Origin: Ascoidea asiatica JCM 7603
Lineage: Eukaryota > Fungi > Ascomycota
DNA: 64,000 nt
Direction: 5' to 3'
Assembly: GCA_001600695.1 (NCBI GenBank)
Contig: BCKQ01000002.1
Coordinates: forward strand, 1,902,258-1,966,257
The translations under genes and the position numbers were made by a program. The notes beneath the pieces were generated by a model that ran no database searches, was not told where the DNA came from, and saw only the letters and a list, made by a program, of their open reading frames with translations. Below are positions 45,952 to 56,217 of this stretch, piece by piece. Within the stretch, counting starts at the first letter, position 1. Every line of letters begins with the position of its first letter.

Positions 45952-46071
45952 TCATTCATTTTCTCTCCCACATCCTTCACATAATGGAATATTTAATCCA
46001 TTGATTTTACCACAATAACAGGTCCAGAAATTATCTTTAGGTCTAGGAACGCTAGCATGACGATAACCCAT
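45952..46071 (-). CDS. 39-aa micro-protein (or truncated paralog) consisting of one RanBP2-like zinc finger
   Basis: MGYRHASVPRPKDNFWTCYCGKINGLNIPLCEGCGRENE*; same W-x-C-x-C-G-x-I-N-x6-C-E-x-C pattern as 29583-29879. Below the ORF-track length cutoff. Confidence 0.55.
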   Translation of the reverse strand: MGYRHASVPRPKDNFWTCYCGKINGLNIPLCEGCGRENE

Positions 46072-47452
46072 TTCTAAAAGTTTTTTTTCTCTTTTTAATA
46101 CAAGAAGATATAGTTAGTTTAAAAATATAGGATACCAGATCAAAGTATTAAAGAAATTAACAAATGCAAAAATATAAAACCGTTTGAAGCAAATTATAAC
46201 TTAAACCTAATTTAAAGTAAAATTGAAGATGATTGTCAATGATATTTTATAAATTTTTTTCTTTTCTTATTAAATAATCAAATAAAAATAAAACCATGAA
46301 AAGCAAAGCTATTTATATTAAAATTTTGCCTTTACTAAAAAAAAAATGAATAGTTTCTTACTTTTGCTTTCATTGATTAAGTTCATAATGTTAAGAAATT
46401 GTTAGTTATCATAGATACCTCATAGAAGAGACACTGACTTGGTAAAACAACTATATAATTTATAATAATACTAGATGTGATATGCAATAACAGGATTCTA
46501 TGAAGGAAAAAACAAGCGAGTTAAATTTTTATAATCTTCACTGTTTTTGATTGAGACTGAGACTGAGACTGAATTGTACTGGGTAAAAAGAATATCCAGT
46601 AAATTAACACTATTATAGCTTAAAAGTAGAAGAATTCTTAACATTGAATTTCAGCACCGTTGAAAAGGAGAAAAATATCCTAATAAATCCGTTAAATTTT
46701 AGGTAAATCCTTAAAATATACTCTGATGTTACAAATGAAAGCAAAAAAAGAGAAAAGAAGATAAAGACGAATTTTATTCATTTACCAATTTGAAAGTGCT
46801 TGCAGGATTGAAAAGACATACTTAAATCTTCGCAAAAAGAATTTGAATAGAGATAAAAGATTAAAAAAAAAGTTCTTGAAATAACATTTATTGATGATTA
46901 ACTATCATTTTAAATTTTAATACTTGTTTACAAATTAAGTATGATTTTTTATAACCCACCACAAAGTTTTTTCTTCACTGAAAATATGAAAAGCATATAA
47001 TCAGAAATTTCAATGAAGTTTTAAAAAAATTATCAATTGAAGATTTAATGGAATTTAAATGCAATTGAAAAATCAATCAAAAAGAATTCTAAACAAATAA
47101 TTAAAAAAAGGATAATTTGTTTTTAATTTATACCTCAGAGAAGACAGTGAAGAACTTATTATAAATTAAGAGATCCAGAAATTAGTATAACAAATCAGCC
47201 TTATTCTTGTTTACCAAACGAAAAAGAGAAACTGAGCCTGCAATAAGGAACTCTTTCAAAAGACCCACAAAAACGGCGATTTATTTTTTTTGCTGAGTCA
47301 GCAGAAATTCCAGAAATCTGGTCTCGAAGTTGCGAAAATTCCAGATTCATAAATTTATAGCAAAAGAAGAGGAACAAAAAAATATAATTTATGTAAAAAA
47401 GAGTTTATCAGAAGAAGATTTTATATACTGTACAAGGAAAATCAGAGTACAA

Positions 47453-48760
47453 TCAGTAAGGAGCATAATTGAATCCTAACTCATCAATTTCATCTCCATC
47501 TTGACCATAGAATCCAACAATTTGAAATCCTGATGGTGCTGTAAATGTGGTACAAGTACCGGATGTCTTACCTGCTGAGACAGTGTTGCCATCTGAAGTG
47601 GTTAATTTCAAATAGAATACTCTGGTGTGACTACTATATGTATCAACACAAGCATAAGCTCCAGTTAAATATTCACCATCTGTTAATGTTAAAGAATATG
47701 CATCACCTCCAGTACCACCATGAGAAAATACAGTTCCATCTTCAAGAGTAAGAGATACAGCATCTAATCTATTGGCTCCTCTTAAGGTTACAGACGAAGT
47801 CATAGAACCTTCAGCAATATCATCAAGATCATTGAACCAGGTACCATGGAATCCACCAACAATATCACTTTGTTTGAAGGTAGAGGATAAGGTATAGGTG
47901 AAATTGACTAGAACTGGGTTATGATCAGATAAAGTACTACCTTCATATTCAAACAAAGTACTTTCATAATTGAAAGCATTGGCAGTAAGAGTGATGGCCT
48001 TACTACCTCTGTAAAGGACTTTGTCAACGGTTTCACAGGTATTGTTGGCAGCAGGATTGTCACATACCAAAGCATCTGCTCCTTGGGCTGGAGCTGAACC
48101 ATCTCTGATCAATTCAACCCATGCATCAGTCATATCATTTTGGGTGCCGAATAAACGAATAACATCAGCAGTTCTGGTGTAACGAGAATTGGTGTCACCG
48201 AACACAATAACAGCATCTCCATCGGCATTTGCATCAATCCAATCAGCAACTTGTTCAATGTTATCTGCTCTGGCCTCGTTGTCGCCATCCTCACTTCCTG
48301 CATCCGTATGGAGATTGATGAAATCAATATAAACTCCATCTTCTAATCTGACCTTCATATATGTGAACCCCTTTGGAGTCAAACAATCATTTTCAGAAGC
48401 ATCAGAACAGTCATCCCATTTGGTTCTACCGAAATTGATCCAAGGATAATTGGATAATGAATTCAACCCAGAACCAATAGCTGCACCTCCAGAAGTAGCG
48501 GTTCTGTATGTATGGTCATCATATTCATATAAAGTTGAATGGTAGTTGAAATCCTCTTGAACATGAATAACATCTAATTGATCCTTATATGTTGAAAATA
48601 AGGATCCGATTTGGGTGGTGGCAGTAGTTTTATCTAAACTTTCATCATTACTTTGAAGAACTTCAGGTAACCCAGCTACATTGAATGAAAGAACATTGAA
48701 AGCACCATCAGCAGCAATTAAACCTGCGGAATAAAATGCGTATAAAATTGAAGTAAGCAT
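47453..48760 (-). CDS. Secreted endonuclease/exonuclease/phosphatase (EEP) domain + C-terminal jacalin domain protein
   Basis: Signal peptide; EEP motifs LSFNVAGLP, VIHVQEDF, NLHTDAG, FGDTNSRY, VDKVLYRG, LSDHNPV; jacalin motifs GGFHG..FND, LRGANRLDAV, HGGTGG, LTDGEYL, IVGFYG.DGDEIDELG. Confidence 0.88.
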   Translation of the reverse strand: MLTSILYAFYSAGLIAADGAFNVLSFNVAGLPEVLQSNDESLDKTTATTQIGSLFSTYKDQLDVIHVQEDFNYHSTLYEYDDHTYRTATSGGAAIGSGLNSLSNYPWINFGRTKWDDCSDASENDCLTPKGFTYMKVRLEDGVYIDFINLHTDAGSEDGDNEARADNIEQVADWIDANADGDAVIVFGDTNSRYTRTADVIRLFGTQNDMTDAWVELIRDGSAPAQGADALVCDNPAANNTCETVDKVLYRGSKAITLTANAFNYESTLFEYEGSTLSDHNPVLVNFTYTLSSTFKQSDIVGGFHGTWFNDLDDIAEGSMTSSVTLRGANRLDAVSLTLEDGTVFSHGGTGGDAYSLTLTDGEYLTGAYACVDTYSSHTRVFYLKLTTSDGNTVSAGKTSGTCTTFTAPSGFQIVGFYGQDGDEIDELGFNYAPY

Positions 48761-50389
48761 TGTATAAAAGGCTACTCTTTTTTTTGAGCTAAAGAAAAAA
48801 TTTCAAAATATTTGTTAATTCAATTATTTGAGATATTTATTTGTGGAGTTGATTGTTTTAGATATTTTAGTTGGCTCAAATCTTTGGAAAAGTCTAGTCT
48901 TTTTTATACCATTTTTTTGATTTATTGAATTTCATTCAATTTTGGTATTTATACAATACTTTCAGCAAAATTTATTCTGACCTAGGAACATTCTGCCAAT
49001 CAAAAATAATAGATTTCAATAAGTGAATTTTAGGTGGTTTAGACTATTCAATAAAAGTAATTCAACAATATTTTGTGTAGGTACATTATACAAGAGTATG
49101 CATTAAATTTTTCCTAAAAAGATGATAATCTTCTTATTCGTCACTTTTCACTGTTACTTGAATTTTTTTTCTGGATTTATAGTTAAAATTAGTCTCGAAG
49201 TTTCACAACGATATGCTTCTCTGTTTTCTTCAAAATAAATAAAGGATTTTTAATTTCTAGTAACATATACTGTATTTCGTAGTAATTTTATAAGTAACAT
49301 TTTTATTATTTACCACTATAGCAAAATCCTTATATGAAAAGTGTTTTGTAATTTGAGAGTCATATTCTTTTATAAAAAAAAAAAGATTTATTTTTATTTA
49401 TAGGAATCCATTTCCGAGAGTAGTTTCTTTTATACAGGGTTGAATACCGAAATATCCACATGAAACCAATGGATAAATGATATTTTCAAAAGCCATCTCT
49501 TTTAAACAAGGTATTGCTTGAATATATAATTAATTTAGTTCTAACCAAAAGAAAAATAGTATTAGAGCATCTTTTCTCACCTATTACTGGTTGGTTATTA
49601 GAGCTGTATTGATACTGTACTATTTGAATTCCCATGCTGAGTTATGTATTATTGCATATCACTCAAACCCTTTTTTGTTCAAAGAAAAAATGCTTTAAGC
49701 TTTTAGGTAAGAAAAACGTTTTTACTAAAAAAATTTGGCTGTCAATTTGACAATAATCTGGATAATCAAATTGGCAACGTGGGTGTTTATTTGGATTTTG
49801 CTGCTCACTATTAGTACATATTTATTTCCAAAAGGGGATTAACTTAAAATCAGTATTACATTTGAACGTCAATCCAAATGAATTCGAGACAAGAGTAAAA
49901 TGATTCAATCAATTAACATTGGCAGGTTAGCTGAATTTGCTCGGCCTAGAAAAATCTCGTTAGGATTAAAAGAGAAAGGAAATTTTTCATAGCTGAATTA
50001 AAGACAATTTGATGAATTCACATTCAATTTATTGTGATTGTTTTTACAAAATTCAATGTTCGGAAAGCCTCTTATTTTGGAGTAGTTTGTGAGATGTATA
50101 CCAAGTGATTTCAGTCAACAATGAAATCTCATGTTTATTGAGTAAACTCAATTAATAATGAAATTTTCAATTGCTGCAGAACATCATGATAATTTCAGAT
50201 ATAAATATTATCCAATTTATCTCCTTGAAAATATAATTTGAAAGAAAACAGATATTCCAATTTAATAACTTCTTGGATTTATTCTTAATCAAATATTTAT
50301 CTCACATTCGTTTATTTTCTTTATATAATCTCTTCAATTTTTTTATAAAAAAAAAGATTTTTAAATAACATACTAATATATTATTAAGA

Positions 50390-51778
50390 ATGTTTTTTTC
50401 AAGTTCTGTTTTACAAATTTTAGTATTGGCTTTAGGTGTTTCAGCCTTCCCTTCATTCAATTACAAACCATACCCTCAAGACTCAGATGAACAGTACAAT
50501 AAATTAAGATATTTAGGTACAACTGGTCCATACATTTCAAATCGTGGATATGGAATTTCACCAGAGGTTCCACCACAATGTACAGTCACGCAAGCTCATT
50601 CATTTATGAGACATGGTGAAAGATTTCCAACTACCGGTACTGCAAAGTCACAATCAGCTTTAATCAAAAGAATGCAAAACTCAAATGTTACCAATTTTAA
50701 AGGCCCATTAGCATTTATTGAAGATTATGAGTTCTATGTTAAAGATAATAATGATTTGGAAACCGAATCCACCAGTGGATTTTATGCAGGTTTGAAAGAT
50801 GCTTATGATTTAGGTGTTACTTTACGAGAAAGATATAGTGATTTATGGGATGGAGAAACCCTTATGCCAGTTTTCACTAGTGGTCAAGCTAGAGTTGTAA
50901 ATACAGCTAGATATTTTGCTAAAGGTTTTTTCCAAGATAGTTATTCTAATTTATCATCAATTCAAGTTATTCCTGAAAAAGAAACCCAAGGTGCAAATAC
51001 TTTAACAAGTCACGATGCTTGTGCCAATTATAATTCCTCTTTTAATGACGCAATTACTAATTCATTTTCTTCTGATTACCTTGATGTAGCAGCTGATAGA
51101 TTAAATGAATTAAGTCCAGGATTTGATTTAGATGGTGATGATGTTTATGTATTAATGGGACATTGTGGTTTTGAATTGAATGTTGTTGGAAACTCTCCAT
51201 TTTGTGAAATTTTCACTCAAGAAGAATTGATTAATTTTGCATACTCCAAGGATTTAGGTTTCTATTATGAAAATGGAGCTGGTTATAATTTATCTGTTCC
51301 ATTGGGATCCGTATATGCCAATAATACTTATACCTTATTAAGTGATGATTCTTTAAATCTTACTTTTTCATTTTCTCATGATACAGATATTGTAACATTT
51401 GTAACTGCTTTAGGATTATTTAAACCTGAGAAAGATTTAAGTGCAGATAAAATTGATTTTGGATCAGTCTTTAGAAGTTCAGAAATTGCTCCAATGGGTG
51501 CTAGAATTATTCATGAACGTTTAGAATGTAATGAAAGTTATAATGAAACTGAATCGACAATTGAAACTTATGTAAGAGTTATTGTCAATGATGCAGTTAT
51601 TCCAATTCCAGATTGTCAAGATGGACCTGGTTTTTCATGTTCATTAGAGGGTTACAAAGAAAATTTTGAAGATTTATTAAATGGTTCTAATTATCTAGAT
51701 GCATGTGGAGTTAATTCAACATATCCTCAATATTCTAAATTTTATTGGGATTGGACACCTACTTTTGAAAATAATTAA
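50390..51778 (+). CDS. Secreted histidine acid phosphatase / phytase (Pho5/Pho3-like)
   Basis: Signal peptide, RHGERFP catalytic motif, FSHDTD, PMGAR..ERL.C, YVRVIVNDAVIPIPDC.DGPGFSC; many NxS/T sites. Confidence 0.93.
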   Translation: MFFSSSVLQILVLALGVSAFPSFNYKPYPQDSDEQYNKLRYLGTTGPYISNRGYGISPEVPPQCTVTQAHSFMRHGERFPTTGTAKSQSALIKRMQNSNVTNFKGPLAFIEDYEFYVKDNNDLETESTSGFYAGLKDAYDLGVTLRERYSDLWDGETLMPVFTSGQARVVNTARYFAKGFFQDSYSNLSSIQVIPEKETQGANTLTSHDACANYNSSFNDAITNSFSSDYLDVAADRLNELSPGFDLDGDDVYVLMGHCGFELNVVGNSPFCEIFTQEELINFAYSKDLGFYYENGAGYNLSVPLGSVYANNTYTLLSDDSLNLTFSFSHDTDIVTFVTALGLFKPEKDLSADKIDFGSVFRSSEIAPMGARIIHERLECNESYNETESTIETYVRVIVNDAVIPIPDCQDGPGFSCSLEGYKENFEDLLNGSNYLDACGVNSTYPQYSKFYWDWTPTFENN

Positions 51779-52279
51779 TTTTTTCTAAATATCATATATT
51801 TACTCTTTTTACTTTATTATTTCTTATATTTTCTAGTGTTAATTTTATAATTTAATTTCCTTTTTTTTTAAACATTTTGTTTGATTATCTATACTTTTAT
51901 AAAAATACCAATTGTTTCAATATATGAAATGAAATCAGTTTACAATTAATACTAACTATGAAAGTTGTTGAGAGGTTATCTAAAAGCTCTTATAAAGTCC
52001 ATATATTCTCAATGATAATTGAGTATTACGAGTTTAGTAATAGGAACCTTTAAATTTAAAAGAATTAGCTTTATAAATAGTCAAATTTTGTTTTTAATGA
52101 GAGATACTTAATTTTTCTAAATTTTATTGACTTTTGTAAAAATAAACTGCATATAAATTTTGAAACAAGCTCCTAAAATAGTTTTTTTATTACAGCTTAA
52201 ATGATACTTGAAAGATATATTTTTTTCAAAAAAACTTAAGTGATTGAAATAATAATAAAATAATTTTCAATAGATTTCA

Positions 52280-53755
52280 TTATACAAAAGCTAATCTTTT
52301 AATAATCATATGTAAACATTTTGCAACAAAAATAAAATAAATAATTAAAATTAAAATAAAAGCAGAAGTAAAAAGAAAATTATATTTTGGATTAATTTTT
52401 TGTTTAAGTATATCAGAAATACCAATAATTAAAACAAAAATAAATTCATAAATTAAGAAAAAAAAAGTAATTAATAAAGCATCTTTTGTTGAAGATCTTA
52501 ATTGAAAATTTTTAAATTTTAACTTATTTGTAAAACCTCTATGAATTGGAATTTTATTATAAGATAAATTAACAATTTTTAAATTTTTTAAATTTTTTAT
52601 ATTTTTAATTTTTTTAATTGAATTATTATTTAAATTTAATTTTTTTAAATTTATTAAAAAACTTAATTCTATTGACATTAAATTAATTGAATTAAAACTT
52701 AAATCTAAGAAAATTAAATTTTTTAAAAATTTTAAATTTTTAATTTCTTTAATAAAATTATATGATAAATTTAATTTTTTTAAATTAATTAAATTATTTA
52801 AATTTTCTATAATTAATAATTGATTTTTAGATAAATCTAAAAAAATTAAATTTTTTAAAAATTTTAAATTTTCAATTTTTTTTATAAGATTATTTGATAA
52901 TTTTAAAAATTTTAAATTATTAAAAAGATTAAAATTTAATGGAATTTTAATTAAATTACATGAATTTAAATTTAAATATTTTAAATTTAATAAATAATTA
53001 AAATTATTAAAATTTTTAAAATTATAAATTAAATCAATTGAAGATTGATTATTATTATTATTATTATTATCATTTGAAGGAGGAGGTAATAAATTATTTT
53101 TATATAAATTTAAATAATTTAAATTTATACAAAATTTTAAAAATTTTAAATCTTGATAATTAAAATTATTTTTTGATAAATTTAAAAATTTTAAATTATA
53201 CCAAAATTTTAAATTAAAATTTATTATTGAATTTAAATTTAAATTTGAAATATTATAAGAACATGAATTTAAATTTAAAAATTTTAAATTTTTTTTTGAA
53301 TTTAAATATAATAATAAAATTAAATTTGGAGATAATTTTAATGGAAAATATGAAAAATTATTAAAAAATTGAATTGAGATTAAATTTAAACAAAATGGAG
53401 TTGAAATATTATCAATTATTGATAATATATTATTATTTATAATATTATTATTAAATGGAATTATAAATAAGAATTTAGTATAAATTTTAAAAAAATGAAT
53501 AAATTTTTTAATTTTAAAAAATTGAATTAATTTTTGATTTAATTTTATATAATTTTTAAATTTTTTTTTATTTAATTCATTAATAATTAAAATACTTTTA
53601 AAATTTGTTGATAATATAATTTTTTTAAATAATTTTTTATATGATTTTTTAATAATTATTAAATTATTTGATAAAGTTAATAACCAAACTTTATCAAATG
53701 GTAAATAATTTATAATTTTTTCAATAATTTGAGGTGATAAATGATTATTTAACAT
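52280..53755 (-). CDS. F-box-like N-terminus + about 10 SDS22-type leucine-rich repeats + two C-terminal TM helices
   Basis: N-terminal LSPQIIEKIINYLP; repeats such as LKFLKLSNNLIKKIENL, LIFLDLSKNQLLIIENL and LKKLNLSYNFIKEIKNL; hydrophobic ALLITFFFLIYEFIFVLIIGI and FLFTSAFILILIIYFIFVA. Confidence 0.75.
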   Translation of the reverse strand: MLNNHLSPQIIEKIINYLPFDKVWLLTLSNNLIIIKKSYKKLFKKIILSTNFKSILIINELNKKKFKNYIKLNQKLIQFFKIKKFIHFFKIYTKFLFIIPFNNNIINNNILSIIDNISTPFCLNLISIQFFNNFSYFPLKLSPNLILLLYLNSKKNLKFLNLNSCSYNISNLNLNSIINFNLKFWYNLKFLNLSKNNFNYQDLKFLKFCINLNYLNLYKNNLLPPPSNDNNNNNNNQSSIDLIYNFKNFNNFNYLLNLKYLNLNSCNLIKIPLNFNLFNNLKFLKLSNNLIKKIENLKFLKNLIFLDLSKNQLLIIENLNNLINLKKLNLSYNFIKEIKNLKFLKNLIFLDLSFNSINLMSIELSFLINLKKLNLNNNSIKKIKNIKNLKNLKIVNLSYNKIPIHRGFTNKLKFKNFQLRSSTKDALLITFFFLIYEFIFVLIIGISDILKQKINPKYNFLFTSAFILILIIYFIFVAKCLHMIIKRLAFV

Positions 53756-54461
53756 TATGTATAATGAATATTTTTTTTTTTAAAATTAGAATTTAAAAAT
53801 ATCTTTTATTTTTAACAATTTTTTAATTGAATTCTTTAAATGATCAATTGATATATTGTTTTACTGTTTGATTCAAGACTTCATCTTTTAAGAATAAGTG
53901 AATGAATGAATCAATGAATGAATGAAGTGTTGTTTGTTGTTTTTGTGTTGGATAAATTGAGGTTCTTTTGAAGACTGAGAGAAGAGTTCAGTTCTTGAGA
54001 TGAATAAGATCATTGTGCATAGATAAAGAGTGTTTTGTTCTTGATTTCTTCTTGATTTCTTCTTCATTTCTTCTTGATTTCTTCTTTTGTGATTGATGTG
54101 TGTGAGTGAAGATTGTTTCCATTGTGGTGTTTGAATGTGTATTTATTAAACATTGAACCATTCAATTTATTGTCCATTGTTTATATCTTCTTTCTTTGTT
54201 TATTTCTTTGTTTATATCTTTGTTTATATCTTTGTTTATATCTTCTTTTTTTGTTCTTTGTTCTTTGAATGCGGTAATTGAACATCCGTTGTCAGGAAGT
54301 TGATCGGGAGAACTAATCCGCCCACGTGAATATTTAAACTTAAAGACCAATTATACGGTACTTCTTATTTCATTTCAATTATTATATTAATATATTATTA
54401 TAATATATTATTATAAAGTATATAAAGTAATATTATAGTAATATTATAGTAATATTATAAA

Positions 54462-54973
54462 TTAATCTTCATTTGAACCAAAACTGATAGCATCAATGAA
54501 ACCACCTTTTCTAGCAGTGATTTGAACTAATTTACCATTTAAATCAATTTCATGTTCAATACCACCATTATCATTACCAAAATAAATTGATTCATTATTT
54601 TTATTTGTAAAAAATTTAATTGCATCAACATAATCACCAGATCTTAAAATAATTTTATTAATATATTCATTATCATCAAGATCTAATTCAAATTCACCTT
54701 TTTCACCATTATTATTACCAATTAATTGATTATGATCATCATCTTCATAAATTAATTCAATTCCATTAATAAATTCTTCATAATAAACATTAATTTGTTT
54801 TAAATCATCATTAATTTCAATAGATTGTTCATCTCCACCTTCTCCACCATATTCAATCTAACATATAAAAAAAAAAAGAATGTTAATATAAATTAAGTTA
54901 TATTACTAAAGATAACTTTAATAACTTATATATATAACTTATATATATAACTTACTGTTTGTAAATCAACCAT
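54462..54973 (-). CDS. Stand-alone jacalin/griffithsin-like lectin, 137 aa, two exons (54973-54956, 54857-54462)
   Basis: Exon 1 MVDLQT; intron 54955-54858 (GTAAGT...TATTAAC...TAG); exon 2 IEYGGEGGDEQSIE...LDLDDNEYINKIILRSGDYVDAIKFFTNK...FGNDNGG...NGKLVQITARKGGFIDAISFGSNED*. Not in the ORF track. Confidence 0.88.
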
Positions 54974-56217
54974 TGTTTTAAGATTATAAATTTGTTATTT
55001 AATATAATTAGTAATTCAGTTTATACTTATTACTTTTATATAATTGTTAATTTATTCAATAACCTCAAAAGATGAATAAATCTCTCTTTATTTATACCAT
55101 TTCTTTACATTATCAATTATAATCATTTGATAAATGAATATATGAATAAGTTGAATTGAATTGAATTAAATATTAATAATCTAAGACATTTAATATAATA
55201 TATTAGAAAGTATTGGATTTTGAATAAATTGGAAAACCAAGATTTTGATATTTGATATAAAACACCAAAGCCACGAAATTTAACGAATTAACTTGTTTGT
55301 TACTTGTTTGTTACTTGTTTGTTAACTTGTTTAATAACTTGTTTAATAACTACTTCATTGACCACTTCATTGACCACTTCATTAATCTTCTCGTCTTTTA
55401 CACGTTTTGAAGTCGATGATTGAAAAAAGACTCCGGCGTTTCTTCACTTTCCTCACTTCTTCACTTTCTTCACTTCTTCAACGCCACCGCCACCGCCATT
55501 TCCGCAACACTCTCAACAGAACAAAGAACACAAACACAAACACAAAGAAGAAGAAGAAGAATTAAACAAGAAGTTCTTCAGTTCTTCATTCTTCATTCTT
55601 CAACCATTGCAGTTGAAATGACTCTGAGAAGGATCAACAGACAAGAATCAAGACAAGAAAGTAAAGTTCACACTGTTCAAGTCTGTTTAGACTCTACAAT
55701 TAAAAACCATTGTTTAAGTACTGTGATACAGTAAGAGAATCGTCAAATATATAAAATAAAATAAAGTAATAAAGTAAAGTAATAAAGTAATAAAATGTAT
55801 CCTGTCATCAGCATTTGAATTCATCGCCTTAATCTAATAAAACACTTCGAATACCAAACTTCCTATCGGGGATATTATATAATATATTATAAAATATAAT
55901 TTAATCTGGGAAATTAAAATATCAATCTTTTGAATGATATTATGGCAATGTAATTTAGTAAATACTCAAATTCCATCGTGGCAAATATTTCCTGTACTTT
56001 TTGATTAATTAAAAGAAAAATAATTAATATAAAATAAAACAAGTGAGAAATTGCTGTTTTTATATTAAATTTAAATTTAAATTTAAATTTGAATTTGAAA
56101 TTATTCTCGGAAGGGTAACTTCATTCACACACTTTTTCAACCTTTTTAATGAAATAATTTGTTTATTTTTTAAGGGTTATTTATAACAATTTAATTTATT
56201 AATTTATTATAAATCAT

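Noticed and set aside
46690-47280. Purine-rich, coding-like stretch; similar stretches at 37290-37510 and 59430-59850
   Set aside because: Many stops, no recognisable motif and no supported start; may be old pseudogenes but cannot be supported by eye.
55800-55875. Possible C/D snoRNA (CTGA/TGATGA on the minus strand)
   Set aside because: Boxes are not in the required C...D order and spacing, and I could not identify an rRNA guide.
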